A DNA stretch of 64,000 nucleotides. Origin: Pseudobdellovibrionaceae bacterium (GTDB lineage Bacteria; Bdellovibrionota; Bdellovibrionia; Bdellovibrionales; Bdellovibrionaceae). The position numbers were made by a program, and so were the translations under genes. The notes beneath the pieces were generated by a model. The model was not told where the DNA came from. It saw only the letters and a list, made by a program, of their open reading frames with translations, and did not search any database. The DNA is taken from positions 30,668 to 94,667 of the forward strand of contig CANFQX010000012.1 in NCBI GenBank assembly GCA_947449255.1. Direction: 5' to 3'. How positions within the stretch are numbered: the stretch's first letter is position 1; every line of letters begins with the position of its first letter. Shown piece by piece: positions 9,873 to 19,888 of this stretch.

Positions 9873-11384
9873 TTAATTCCATCTAAAAGTGACGACAGAT
9901 TGTGGTGGAAGATTGTATTGAAAACTTCCAGAGCTTGCTTGGACCTCAAAGTTTTTAGCCTCACCGCTAGAGTTAAAAACATAGAGAACTTTTGAATTAT
10001 CTGTATTTATAAACGCGACATTTTTTAAAACACCTCCTGGCGGCTCATTGGATTCAATTCGATAAGCGCCAGGCTGAACAAATTTACTGATTTGTCCAAG
10101 GATGTAATAATCTCTCTCATAGGCCCACTGGCCTGTGTAGCTACCATCAGGTTTATTGCGAATAACGATGCTGCCAATGCAACCAGTGCAAGAGCCGTTG
10201 TAGGCAGTTAAATAAGGCTTGTGATTCTCATCCAAAATTAAACCCCATTTTAAAACAACTTTGGCGCCGGCGCGCAGTGGATCAATGATCCAGCTGGCGG
10301 CATCGTAGTTGAATTGATCTTTCCAGTTGGTCCAATCGCCGCTGCTACATTCAGTCATATAAATATCTTGGCCGGGATAAGTTTGAGGAATTGCAGCCAA
10401 AGATCTTACGTTGCCCTTGCTGTAGCAGTGAAAAGCAGCTCCGCCAGAATATTGTCGCATTTCTTTATCCTGCAGGGAGATCAGCACTTGGTCGATCATA
10501 TTTGTGCCACTTTGCTCATAGTTATGATCCCAAATGAGCAACTTTGTTTTTAATCCAGCATTTTGAACGGCAGGTCCCAGAAATTTGGTGATGAAAGTTT
10601 GTTGATCCACCGGCGCAAGAGGTGGCACTTTGTCGCCAGGATGAAGGTTAAAAAGAGAAGTAGTAAAATTGTTGTCATTTTTTGGTTCGTTTTGCAAAGT
10701 GATGGCGTCAACGGGCAGACCTACTTTTTTCCAAGCCTGAATTGTCTTAATTAAATATTCTGCAAAATCTTTTTGATGTTCAGGAGCCAGTGAACCTTTG
10801 ATCATTGTTCCGTTGGTTTTCATCCAACCTGGAGGGCTCCAAGGGCTGCCCATCACTTTTAAGTTTGAGTTTAAGGCCAGGGCCTTTTTGACTAGTTGAA
10901 AAACAGCCTGATCGTGTTCAACGGTGAAATGTCCCGGTTGATCTTCATAGCTGTAGAGATCTGGTGACAGATCTGAGGCTCCGATTCCCAGTCTAAGAAA
11001 ACTCAAGCCGATGCCTTTTTTTGGGTCAAACAACTTCACCCATAAATCATCAATGGCCTGAGGCTGCAAAGAATTGTTGACCAGTGTGGCCGTTCCATCC
11101 AGAAGTGCTGCGCCAAAACCTAGGATTTGTTGATACTTTATTTTTTCATCAACCTGAATAATGAAATCGGTTTTCGAATTTGTCGCTCTTATTTTGGACT
11201 GGAATTCCAGTTCTGGTTCTTTACTTAAGAGGTGGGTTTTGTCCGCAGAGCTTAATAGGACTTCCACAGTTCCTTGTTTTTTGCTTTGAGCGGTGGTCTC
11301 AAGTCGAGTTGACGCACATGAAATTGCTGAGAATCCAATAATTAAGGGCAATGTTATTTTTAGGCAGCTCTGTTTGAAATTCAT
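9873..11384 (-). CDS. Glycoside hydrolase family 30 lipoprotein (glucosylceramidase / beta-1,6-glucanase-like)
   Basis: YQQILGFGAAL, SPWSPPGWMKTN, ITLQNEP (acid/base Glu), IYMTECSSG (nucleophile Glu), QPGAYRI; lipobox AISC. Confidence 0.9.
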   Translation of the reverse strand: MNFKQSCLKITLPLIIGFSAISCASTRLETTAQSKKQGTVEVLLSSADKTHLLSKEPELEFQSKIRATNSKTDFIIQVDEKIKYQQILGFGAALLDGTATLVNNSLQPQAIDDLWVKLFDPKKGIGLSFLRLGIGASDLSPDLYSYEDQPGHFTVEHDQAVFQLVKKALALNSNLKVMGSPWSPPGWMKTNGTMIKGSLAPEHQKDFAEYLIKTIQAWKKVGLPVDAITLQNEPKNDNNFTTSLFNLHPGDKVPPLAPVDQQTFITKFLGPAVQNAGLKTKLLIWDHNYEQSGTNMIDQVLISLQDKEMRQYSGGAAFHCYSKGNVRSLAAIPQTYPGQDIYMTECSSGDWTNWKDQFNYDAASWIIDPLRAGAKVVLKWGLILDENHKPYLTAYNGSCTGCIGSIVIRNKPDGSYTGQWAYERDYYILGQISKFVQPGAYRIESNEPPGGVLKNVAFINTDNSKVLYVFNSSGEAKNFEVQASSGSFQYNLPPQSVVTFRWN

Positions 11385-11656
11385 CGTTGGCTCTCTCCAG
11401 GATATTCAGCACTCAAGTTGCAGTTCATTGTAATATTGTAATGATAATAGTCGCAATGATCAAATAAGACTCAGGAAGAAAACAAAATTAACAATGATGC
11501 TAATGAATCTCAATTCAATTTAGAACTTGTTGTTTTCTTTTTTTGAAGGGCCACTTTTTTTGGCTAACAAAATCAACTCAAATCAGCCTGGTGGCAGCTG
11601 ATCACAACTTAAGGCATTGTAGTTGCGCTCTGAATCGCCTATAAGAAGTCTTCCCA

Positions 11657-14188
11657 TTGATGCTAACAAAAAAGAAGGTGCATTTGGTCCAAGAGCGCCT
11701 CTCGAACATCATAGATTCAATCCCCTACAGCATGGCAGTCCTTGATCAGAAGGGTGTGATTGTTGCTGTCAATCAATCCTGGCTACTTTTTGGTCGCGAA
11801 AATTCAGAAATGAGTGTTCTCACAGAAAGCGTAGGAACAAACTATATTTCTGCTTGTCTTGGCAATGGTGATGCCGACGAATTCGGCTTGAAAGCAGCAC
11901 AAAGTCTAAGGGCCGTTCTGACGGGCCAAGTTGATCAACAAAGCGTTGAATATCCATGTCCTGGACTGGATGGTCCGCGTTGGTTCATCATGAATATAGC
12001 AAAGCTGCAAGGGGTTCAGCCTGGTGCTGTTGTTTCGCATATTGACATCACGGCCAGGAAAATTGCAGAGATCGCTCTTTTGGACCTGACGAATACCCTC
12101 GAAGCCAAAGTTCTAGATAGAACCGCAGAGCTTTACGCTTCTGAACAAAAGCATCGAGGGCTCTTTGATGGCGCGTTCGATTCGATTCTGGTTGCTGACG
12201 CTAAAAGCAATATAATTAGGGCCAATAAACAGCTATTGAATATATTTGGCTATAACCTCGAAGAACTTGTTGGTAAGCCGATTGAAATTCTAATACCTGA
12301 GCGCTTCAGACATGCTCATGTTGCCCAACGAACTGGTTACAGCCAAAAACCTGTAGCGCGCCCCATGGGGGCCAGTCTGGATCTTTTTGGCCGAAGAAAA
12401 GATGGCAGCGAATTTCCCATCGACATTAGCTTGACCCCCATTAAGACCGCTGACGGCCTGGAGGTGACTGCTATCATTAGGAATATCAGTGAGCGAAAAA
12501 AAAATGAGGATCAGAAATCCTTTTTAGTAAAGCTTGGACAAACGCTTTCTGACACTTGGGATTATCAGTTAAAAATACAGCATGCGGTCGATATGATGGT
12601 GCCGACGCTGGCAGACATCTGCATTGCCTCTTCTCTTGATGGCAATGTTTTGAATTTTCGCGCTATTGGAATTCAAGATGAGTCAAAGCGCATTCTTTTG
12701 CAAACATTTGCCTCTCATATCGTGCCGACTCATGGCGATCAAACAGCTGTAGGCCATGTGTTGGAAACACTCAAACCTTTGCTTATAGTAAATGTCGCAG
12801 AGGATATTCTGAGCAAGCCCCTCATTGACCAGGAGTGCTGCAAAAGTATTGAGTTGCTGGAAATCACTTCCCTAGTTGTTTTTCCACTGATCGTCAGTGG
12901 AAAGGCTACGGGAACCTTAGCATTTTTTATGACGGGCTCGGGAAGAAAGTTTAGCCTCCACGATCTTGAATTCTTAAAAGTTGTCGGAGAGCGGGTTGCC
13001 GTTGAGCTAGAAAATGCAAAACTCTATAGAGATGCCCAAGAAGCAATCAGGGCTCGGGAGCTGGTTCTTTCGATTGTTTCGCATGATCTGCTCAATCCCA
13101 TTGCGGTGATCAATATGTCAGCTCAGATTCTCAGCGATGCAGAAGTGCTTAGTAAAAAAAATCAAGAGTTGGTCATTAAAAAAATTCGAAATTCTACAGA
13201 GGTCATGCAGAAAATGATTGCTGATCTGCTTGTTTTTAGCAAGGCAAAGGCAGGTACCTTTTCGCTCGAGAAATACTCCATCCCTGTTTCGCCTGTGATT
13301 CATTCGGGAATCGAGCCGATGACGGTAAAGATCAAGCAAAAGAATCTAAAATTATTCATGGAGTTTCAAGAAAATCTTCCAAATTTATTGGGAGACCATA
13401 GGCGCCTCTTACAAGTCTTGTGGAACCTCATCGACAACGCCATCAAATTTACTCCACAATTTGGCGAAATTCGGGTCAGAGCTTGCCGTGAAAATAAATT
13501 CATAAAATTTATGGTTGCCGATTCGGGGCCAGGTCTAGAACTCGAAGAGATCCCGAAAGTTTTCAATCAGTTTTGGCAATCGTCAAATACCGCAGCGCTT
13601 GGAACTGGCCTGGGACTTGCGATAGCAAAGGGAATTGTTGAAGCCCATGGTGGAAAAATCTGGGTTGAATCTGACAAGGGTTGCGGTTGCAGATTCTATT
13701 TTACGGTGCCGAGGGCAGAAGGTTCAGAAGTCCAGCTCATATCAAAATTGGCTGAACCTGTTTTTCAAGGGGCGAGTCCTCAACTTCTTTTGGGACTTAA
13801 AGTACTGGCCGTTGATGACTCTTGCGACAGCTTAGCTTTGCTGAAATTGTTCTTAGAAAAAGCTGGAGCGCTCGTAATAACAGCCTTATCTGTCAACGAG
13901 GCTATGATTTCAATGTCAGAGTTTACTCCATCAATTCTAATCACCGACATTGAAATGCCAGATGGTGACGGCTTTTCTTTGCTTAATCAAGTTCGTCAGT
14001 TTGAAAAAAGGCTCAATTTGCATATTCCAGTGGTCGTTATTTCTGCGCACTCAAGCGAGGGTGAACTGTTACGAATTGCGGAGGCTGGATTTGACGCCCA
14101 TTTATCCAAGCCCTTTGACGCAAAAAAACTTGTCATGGCGATTGCCAAATTCGTTGCTCCTGCGGATGCAAATCTCGAGAGTGATTGA
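11657..14188 (+). CDS. Hybrid sensor histidine kinase (PAS-PAS-GAF-HisKA-HATPase-REC)
   Basis: GRRKDGSEFPIDIS (PAS), VSHDLLNPI (H-box), QVLWNLIDNAIKFT, GTGLGLAI, receiver LAVDDS...ITDIEMP...HLSKP. Confidence 0.95.
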   Translation: MMLTKKKVHLVQERLSNIIDSIPYSMAVLDQKGVIVAVNQSWLLFGRENSEMSVLTESVGTNYISACLGNGDADEFGLKAAQSLRAVLTGQVDQQSVEYPCPGLDGPRWFIMNIAKLQGVQPGAVVSHIDITARKIAEIALLDLTNTLEAKVLDRTAELYASEQKHRGLFDGAFDSILVADAKSNIIRANKQLLNIFGYNLEELVGKPIEILIPERFRHAHVAQRTGYSQKPVARPMGASLDLFGRRKDGSEFPIDISLTPIKTADGLEVTAIIRNISERKKNEDQKSFLVKLGQTLSDTWDYQLKIQHAVDMMVPTLADICIASSLDGNVLNFRAIGIQDESKRILLQTFASHIVPTHGDQTAVGHVLETLKPLLIVNVAEDILSKPLIDQECCKSIELLEITSLVVFPLIVSGKATGTLAFFMTGSGRKFSLHDLEFLKVVGERVAVELENAKLYRDAQEAIRARELVLSIVSHDLLNPIAVINMSAQILSDAEVLSKKNQELVIKKIRNSTEVMQKMIADLLVFSKAKAGTFSLEKYSIPVSPVIHSGIEPMTVKIKQKNLKLFMEFQENLPNLLGDHRRLLQVLWNLIDNAIKFTPQFGEIRVRACRENKFIKFMVADSGPGLELEEIPKVFNQFWQSSNTAALGTGLGLAIAKGIVEAHGGKIWVESDKGCGCRFYFTVPRAEGSEVQLISKLAEPVFQGASPQLLLGLKVLAVDDSCDSLALLKLFLEKAGALVITALSVNEAMISMSEFTPSILITDIEMPDGDGFSLLNQVRQFEKRLNLHIPVVVISAHSSEGELLRIAEAGFDAHLSKPFDAKKLVMAIAKFVAPADANLESD

Positions 14189-14257
14189 ATTATCAATGGC
14201 TGTCTCGGCGATTTTTCAAGGCGGGATAGACAGACTCGCAGGGAATTTTATTTATCA

Positions 14258-17053
14258 TCAGTCTGGCAGTTCCATTTTTACAGCCTTTAAAATTTTCCTT
14301 CGTGCAAAGAACTTGCGAATTTCCTCCGTCCAAAGAACCAGACTTGCCACGGCTCCTATTTCAAAAAATTCCTTTGGTGCAATGGGGACCGTATGAAAAA
14401 AAGCAGCTAAGGGTTTCCAGTAGATTACAGATGCATGCATTAGATTAGCGATAATAAGGCCACCAAGCAAATAAGGATTTTTAAAGAGAGACCAAGATAA
14501 AGCAGATTGATTTGCGGAGCGACAATTGAGAACATTAAACCACTGTCCAACCACTAGGATCGTGAAGGTTTCGGTCTGCACTTGCTCGGCGGAAAGGCCT
14601 AAGCTGGATCGATATGTAAACCAGCCAAATGTTGAAATCACGGAAGCCATCAACATCAGGGGCATTCTCAATAAAAGCTCCCGATCAATGAGGGGCTCTT
14701 TGATCGAAATTGGCGGTCGACTCATTTCATTCCCCTCGGGGGGCTCCATGATCAGGTTCACTGTCAATGCGCCTTCTGAAACAAGGTTGATCCAAAGAAT
14801 CTGAACTGCGGCCAAGGGCGGTGGATAACCCGCAATAAGGGCAAGCAAAAGCACAATCACTTCATCGATCGAAGTCACAAGTAAAAAAAGAATCAATTTT
14901 TTGATATTCTGATAGACCAGTCGACCTTCGGAAACAGCTGTGATTATTGTTGAAAAATTATCATCGCTTATAATTATTTTTGCGGCTTCTTTGGCCACTT
15001 CAGTGCCAGTGAGTCCCATCGCTATACCGATGTTGGCAGTCACCAATGCCGGTGCATCATTCACGCCGTCGCCAGTCATTGCTACAACTTCGCCTCTGGC
15101 TTGGAAGGCTTGAATAATTCTAAGTTTCTGAGCAGGATGGACTCGCGCAAAAACACTGATGCGAGGAATTTTATCGATTAATTCTTTTTGGGACATTTTA
15201 TCCAAATCATTGCCATCAATGGCTGTATCATCTTTTTGACTTAGACCTAGAGACTTTGCAATGGCTAGACCCGTAGCCAAATGATCACCTGTGACCATGA
15301 CGGGGCGAACTCCAGCTTTTTGGCACTGGCGAACAGCTTCAGCAACTTCAACTCTGGGAGGGTCAAGCTCCCCAATCAAACCGAGGAAAATGACTTTTCC
15401 AAAGTAGGGGTGATAGCCTTGAACGCCATCAATAGTAGCCTTTCTAACAAGTCCCACAGCGAGAACTCGAAGTGCTGAATCAGCCATTTCTTTTGCCGCA
15501 TTAGTGATTTCATCTCTCTGTTGAGTACTTATTGGTATTTCCTCAAGTCCAATACTATTCAAAGGTTGGTCAATAGAACCTGTAAGGGCAAGCACAGCTT
15601 CGGGGGCACCTTTGACATAGACAAGGTCTTCGCCATCAACCTCATGCGAGGTTGCCATTAGTTTTAACTTTGAATCGAAAGGAATTTCAGCTTTTCTAGG
15701 ATACATTTTATTTAGACTCATTGGATCGACACCGGCCTTGAAGGCCAGAGTGAGGAGTGCGCCCTCTGTTGGATCTCCGAGGATTCGCCAATTTTGATTT
15801 GTTCTGTCTGGGGGTAAGAGCTGCGAATCGTTACAGAGGGCAACCGCTTTCATGAGTTGTTGTTGTTCATCGACCTCCTTAATGTTCAGGATCTCATTGT
15901 CTTCTGTAAATTCTCCTTCCGGCTTGTAGCCAGCTCCTGAAACCGATATTTTACGATGGCCTGCCGGAAGATAAATGCAAGTCGCAGTCATTTCGTTTTT
16001 TGTTAAGGTTCCAGTTTTATCAGTGCAAATGACTGTTGTTGAACCTAGAATTTCGACGGCTGAAAGGCGTCTTACGATTGTTTTTCTTTGTGCCATTCTC
16101 TGAACGCTAACTGCAAGGGCAATGGTCATAGCAACGGGCAGGCCTTCAGGAACCAAAGAGACCAGTTGACTGATTGCCACCATAATTATTTCAGAGAAGG
16201 GGATGTTTTTTAAAAAACCAATGCCCAGAACAAGGAAAAAAAGAAGGATCGAACCCATTGAAATATACCGACCAAAATCTTGGAGGCGCAATTCAAGTTG
16301 TGTTTTAGGTTGTATCGCGTTGGCTGTGAGTTCCGCAATATTGCCGATTTCATTTTTCATTCCAGTGGCGGTGACGATGGCAAGAGCCCGTCCCGCAGTC
16401 ACTTGAGTTCCAGCGAAGATCATATTATGGCAATCAGCCAATTGTACTGTTTCAGGCAAAGCAAGCGTCGATTTGATGACCGGCAGGGATTCACCAGTTA
16501 AGGCAGCTTCAGCAACGGCCAGCGAGGTTGCATAGATAAGTCTCGAGTCGGCGGATACGGCATCGCCACTGCTGACAGAGATGATGTCACCGGGAACAAC
16601 TTGGCTAGCATCAATCTCTTGTTCGGTGCCATCTCTCAGGACGCGAGCTTTGATAGTTAAAAGTTTGCGAAGTGATAAAACTGATTGCTCTGCTCGACCC
16701 TCCTGCATTGCCCCAATAATAGCATTAAGAAGGACAACAACGAGTATGACAATCGCATCCTTTTTGTCATCAATAAAAAAGGCAATACAAGAAGCAAGCA
16801 GAAGGAGGTAGATCAATGGACTTTGAAATTGATGAATGAAGATTGAAAATAGCGGACGAGGCTTAGGCGCAGGTAAACTGTTTGGTCCAAAGGTTAGTAA
16901 TCTTTTTTCTGCTTCGGAGGTGCTCAATCCAGTCTCTGGATTGGATTCAAGTTCTTGAATGACGAGATCAATAGAGAGACTAGGCCACTTTTTATCCATA
17001 TTTTGAATCTGTCCTTTTTTGGCACCTTTTGATTGGTTTTTTAATGTCTTCAA
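14258..17053 (-). CDS. P-type cation-transporting ATPase (P2A / Ca2+-ATPase-like)
   Basis: TGES, PEGLP, DKTGTLT, VKGAPE, MVTGDH, GDGVNDAPAL, QILWINLV. Start may be ATG 16999. Confidence 0.95.
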   Translation of the reverse strand: MKTLKNQSKGAKKGQIQNMDKKWPSLSIDLVIQELESNPETGLSTSEAEKRLLTFGPNSLPAPKPRPLFSIFIHQFQSPLIYLLLLASCIAFFIDDKKDAIVILVVVLLNAIIGAMQEGRAEQSVLSLRKLLTIKARVLRDGTEQEIDASQVVPGDIISVSSGDAVSADSRLIYATSLAVAEAALTGESLPVIKSTLALPETVQLADCHNMIFAGTQVTAGRALAIVTATGMKNEIGNIAELTANAIQPKTQLELRLQDFGRYISMGSILLFFLVLGIGFLKNIPFSEIIMVAISQLVSLVPEGLPVAMTIALAVSVQRMAQRKTIVRRLSAVEILGSTTVICTDKTGTLTKNEMTATCIYLPAGHRKISVSGAGYKPEGEFTEDNEILNIKEVDEQQQLMKAVALCNDSQLLPPDRTNQNWRILGDPTEGALLTLAFKAGVDPMSLNKMYPRKAEIPFDSKLKLMATSHEVDGEDLVYVKGAPEAVLALTGSIDQPLNSIGLEEIPISTQQRDEITNAAKEMADSALRVLAVGLVRKATIDGVQGYHPYFGKVIFLGLIGELDPPRVEVAEAVRQCQKAGVRPVMVTGDHLATGLAIAKSLGLSQKDDTAIDGNDLDKMSQKELIDKIPRISVFARVHPAQKLRIIQAFQARGEVVAMTGDGVNDAPALVTANIGIAMGLTGTEVAKEAAKIIISDDNFSTIITAVSEGRLVYQNIKKLILFLLVTSIDEVIVLLLALIAGYPPPLAAVQILWINLVSEGALTVNLIMEPPEGNEMSRPPISIKEPLIDRELLLRMPLMLMASVISTFGWFTYRSSLGLSAEQVQTETFTILVVGQWFNVLNCRSANQSALSWSLFKNPYLLGGLIIANLMHASVIYWKPLAAFFHTVPIAPKEFFEIGAVASLVLWTEEIRKFFARRKILKAVKMELPD

Positions 17054-17202
17054 TCAGGATACGGCCCCAGAGAGGAAGGATCAACAGACTTGAAATTTGA
17101 CAGGAGATAATGAACAAGGATCGGCTACATTTTTTTTAAGTAATTTGACCAATGAGTCCGAATGCCTAATTTTATTCATTTAAGCCAAAGTTTTTTCAAG
17201 CA

Positions 17203-19749
17203 ATGTTCTTTGACAAAAAATGGAGAAGTATGAAGCAGATTTCGTTCGCGAACCTTCGGGGTGTAACTCAGTCGCCGCATGGAATAAGTCAAAGCACAGT
17301 GCTTTCACAAAGAGCTCTCTTCGGAAACAACTCAATTTTAGAAGTGTCCTCAAACCGTTTTGTCGAAATTATCAAAGAGACACTTCGCGATCCCATGATT
17401 TGGTTTTTGATCGGAATCGGGTTGGTGTTTTTTTTTATTGGTCAAAAGAGCGAAGGTGTCACCCTTTTTGTAGCGATTCTGCCGCTCACAGTTATGGATG
17501 CATTCCTTCATTGGCGAACACAGGCTTCGACGCTGGGGCTTAAAAGCAATCTTTCGTCTCGTGTCAAGGTCCTGCGAGATCAGGAAGAAGTTGAGATCGA
17601 TTCGCGTGAGCTTGTACCTGGTGATTTATTGAAGATTTCAACAGGTTTGCTCCTTCCTGCCGATGGCGTTATTGAAGAGGCTCACGAAGTTCAAATTGAT
17701 GAATCTGTCATCACTGGAGAGGCACTTCCAGTAAATAAAGTTAAATGCATCTTTAATCCCTTTCATCGCGTTGAAGAGCAAGAGGTCCCGGTTGATGCTG
17801 ATATGTTGGCTTTTGCAGGCACTCGTGTTCTTACTGGGCATGGACTGCTTAGAGTTCTATTTACAGGTGTTAATACTGCTTATGGTGAAATTGTGCAATC
17901 TGTAGCACAGATGCCGCACGAGCGAACCCCATTGCAAGTTTCCATTGGGAAATTAGTTAAAAATCTTATTTTTGCTTCACTGGGATTTTGTCTTTTGCTT
18001 GCAGGGTTAAGGATATATCAAGGCCACGGCTGGCTCGACGCACTTCTTAGTGCTGCGGCTCTTGCTCTTGCTGCCATTCCTGAGGAATTTCCGGTTGTAT
18101 TTACATTCTTTTTGGGAGTTGGTATTTACCGGCTGGCGCAAAAGCATGCTTTGGTGCGAAGAGCCGTTTCAGTAGAAAATATCGGCCGAATCACACAAAT
18201 CTGTTCTGATAAAACCGGAACAATAACGATGGGGGAACTAGAGCTTACACATCTAGTCCCAGCAGAGAGGATCAGTGCAGAGACTGTTCTCTTTGTCAGT
18301 GCGCTAGCAAGCAATCCTGAAGGGACTGATCCAGTGGATCTGGCCATCTTTAAAAAAGCGCAAGAAATTAAATTAACCTTACCTAAAACAATCAAGCGGT
18401 TTCCCTTTACGGAGAATCGGAAACGTGAATCTGCATATTTTCAAAATGAGATGGGCTTTGTTGTCGTCACTAAGGGATCGCCAGAAACTATTTTTGAATT
18501 GTCAAACTTGTCCGCAGTCGAAAAAACGCAGTGGCTAGAAAAAACAAGTCAATGGGCCAAAGAAGGACACAAGGTCCTAGCCTGTGCTCAGTCTAAATTA
18601 AGCCCATTTGAATTCAATCAAGGCAAGGAGGCTGAGAGTGGATTTGTTTTTATCGGCCTCCTAGCTTTCGAAGATCCACCAAGGCCGGAGGTTGCATCGG
18701 CAATACTGTATGCCTATGAAAATAAAATTAAGGTTCTGATGTTGACTGGAGATCATCCGGAAACTGCGGCGGCCATCGGCCGCGAGATCGGCTTGGGTCA
18801 TGGACAGCTTAAAGTTGCCTCAGCTGAATTGGACAGTGAAAAGTTTGAAAAAGAATATATGGGCCGACATCCAGAATTTTTATCATCCCTTGATGTTGTT
18901 GCGAGATGCACCCCCATTCAAAAGCTCAAAATTGTCAATGCTCTGAAAGCTGCTGGTGAGATCGTGGCGGTGACAGGAGATGGTGTCAATGATGTTCCAG
19001 CGTTGAAGGCCGCTGATATTGGCATAGCCATGGGCCAGCGAGGAACACGAAGCGCCAAAGAAGTTTCATCAATTATTTTAGGTGATGACAATTTTAAGAC
19101 GATTGTTGCTGCGATAATGGAAGGTCGCCAACTGTTTTCAAATTTAAAAATGAGTTTTGAGTACCTGCTTTTGATTCATATACCCTTTGTCTTGACCGCA
19201 GCGCTGATCCCACTGTTGGGGTATCCGCTATTATACCTTCCAGTTCACATTGTCTGGCTGGAGCTCGTTATTCATCCCACAGCAATACTTGCATTTCAAG
19301 ACGATGCAAAATTAAATTCAGAAAAATCATCCGGTGAGTTTTTCAAAAGAACTGAAGTTGTCCGCTTTGCAGTGGTCGGGTGTTTGCTCGCGATATTGAT
19401 CGGAACTTGCTTTGTATTGAGTCTTCAAGAGAATTCTGATGTGGGTCGTGCTCGAGCAAAGGTCATGGCTATCTTGTCTGAATGGAGTGTTGCAATAGTT
19501 ATTTACAGGACTCACTTGAGATCAAAATATGCTCTTTTAGTTGCCGTGCTCACCTTTCTTGGTACCCTTTTCATTTTGCAATCCAAAAGGATAGCCAATA
19601 CTTTGCATGTAGAGATTCTAAATGCGCAAGATTGGGCTGATGTTTTTTTAATAGTCGGGGCTCTGATGATTACCATTTGGCTCTTGGATAATGTGAATAA
19701 ATTCAAGTCTCCTCGAATCGTATCTTTGCCAAGTGGAAAGTCATTTTAA
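17203..19749 (+). CDS. Second P-type cation-transporting ATPase (P2-like, PEEFP variant)
   Basis: TGEA, IPEEFP, DKTGTIT, TKGSPE, MLTGDH, GDGVNDVPAL. Start may be ATG 17230. Confidence 0.93.
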   Translation: MFFDKKWRSMKQISFANLRGVTQSPHGISQSTVLSQRALFGNNSILEVSSNRFVEIIKETLRDPMIWFLIGIGLVFFFIGQKSEGVTLFVAILPLTVMDAFLHWRTQASTLGLKSNLSSRVKVLRDQEEVEIDSRELVPGDLLKISTGLLLPADGVIEEAHEVQIDESVITGEALPVNKVKCIFNPFHRVEEQEVPVDADMLAFAGTRVLTGHGLLRVLFTGVNTAYGEIVQSVAQMPHERTPLQVSIGKLVKNLIFASLGFCLLLAGLRIYQGHGWLDALLSAAALALAAIPEEFPVVFTFFLGVGIYRLAQKHALVRRAVSVENIGRITQICSDKTGTITMGELELTHLVPAERISAETVLFVSALASNPEGTDPVDLAIFKKAQEIKLTLPKTIKRFPFTENRKRESAYFQNEMGFVVVTKGSPETIFELSNLSAVEKTQWLEKTSQWAKEGHKVLACAQSKLSPFEFNQGKEAESGFVFIGLLAFEDPPRPEVASAILYAYENKIKVLMLTGDHPETAAAIGREIGLGHGQLKVASAELDSEKFEKEYMGRHPEFLSSLDVVARCTPIQKLKIVNALKAAGEIVAVTGDGVNDVPALKAADIGIAMGQRGTRSAKEVSSIILGDDNFKTIVAAIMEGRQLFSNLKMSFEYLLLIHIPFVLTAALIPLLGYPLLYLPVHIVWLELVIHPTAILAFQDDAKLNSEKSSGEFFKRTEVVRFAVVGCLLAILIGTCFVLSLQENSDVGRARAKVMAILSEWSVAIVIYRTHLRSKYALLVAVLTFLGTLFILQSKRIANTLHVEILNAQDWADVFLIVGALMITIWLLDNVNKFKSPRIVSLPSGKSF

Positions 19750-19888
19750 AGCTCAGCACTTTCAATTTAAATTCGGCAATCTAAGAATTCATATGATTTT
19801 TAATTTTCAGAGATGTAACTGGCAGCAGAAAACTTCAGCGTGTTACGAAAGTTAAGGACTTGATTTCTTTCTAGCTGGAGAATTTATC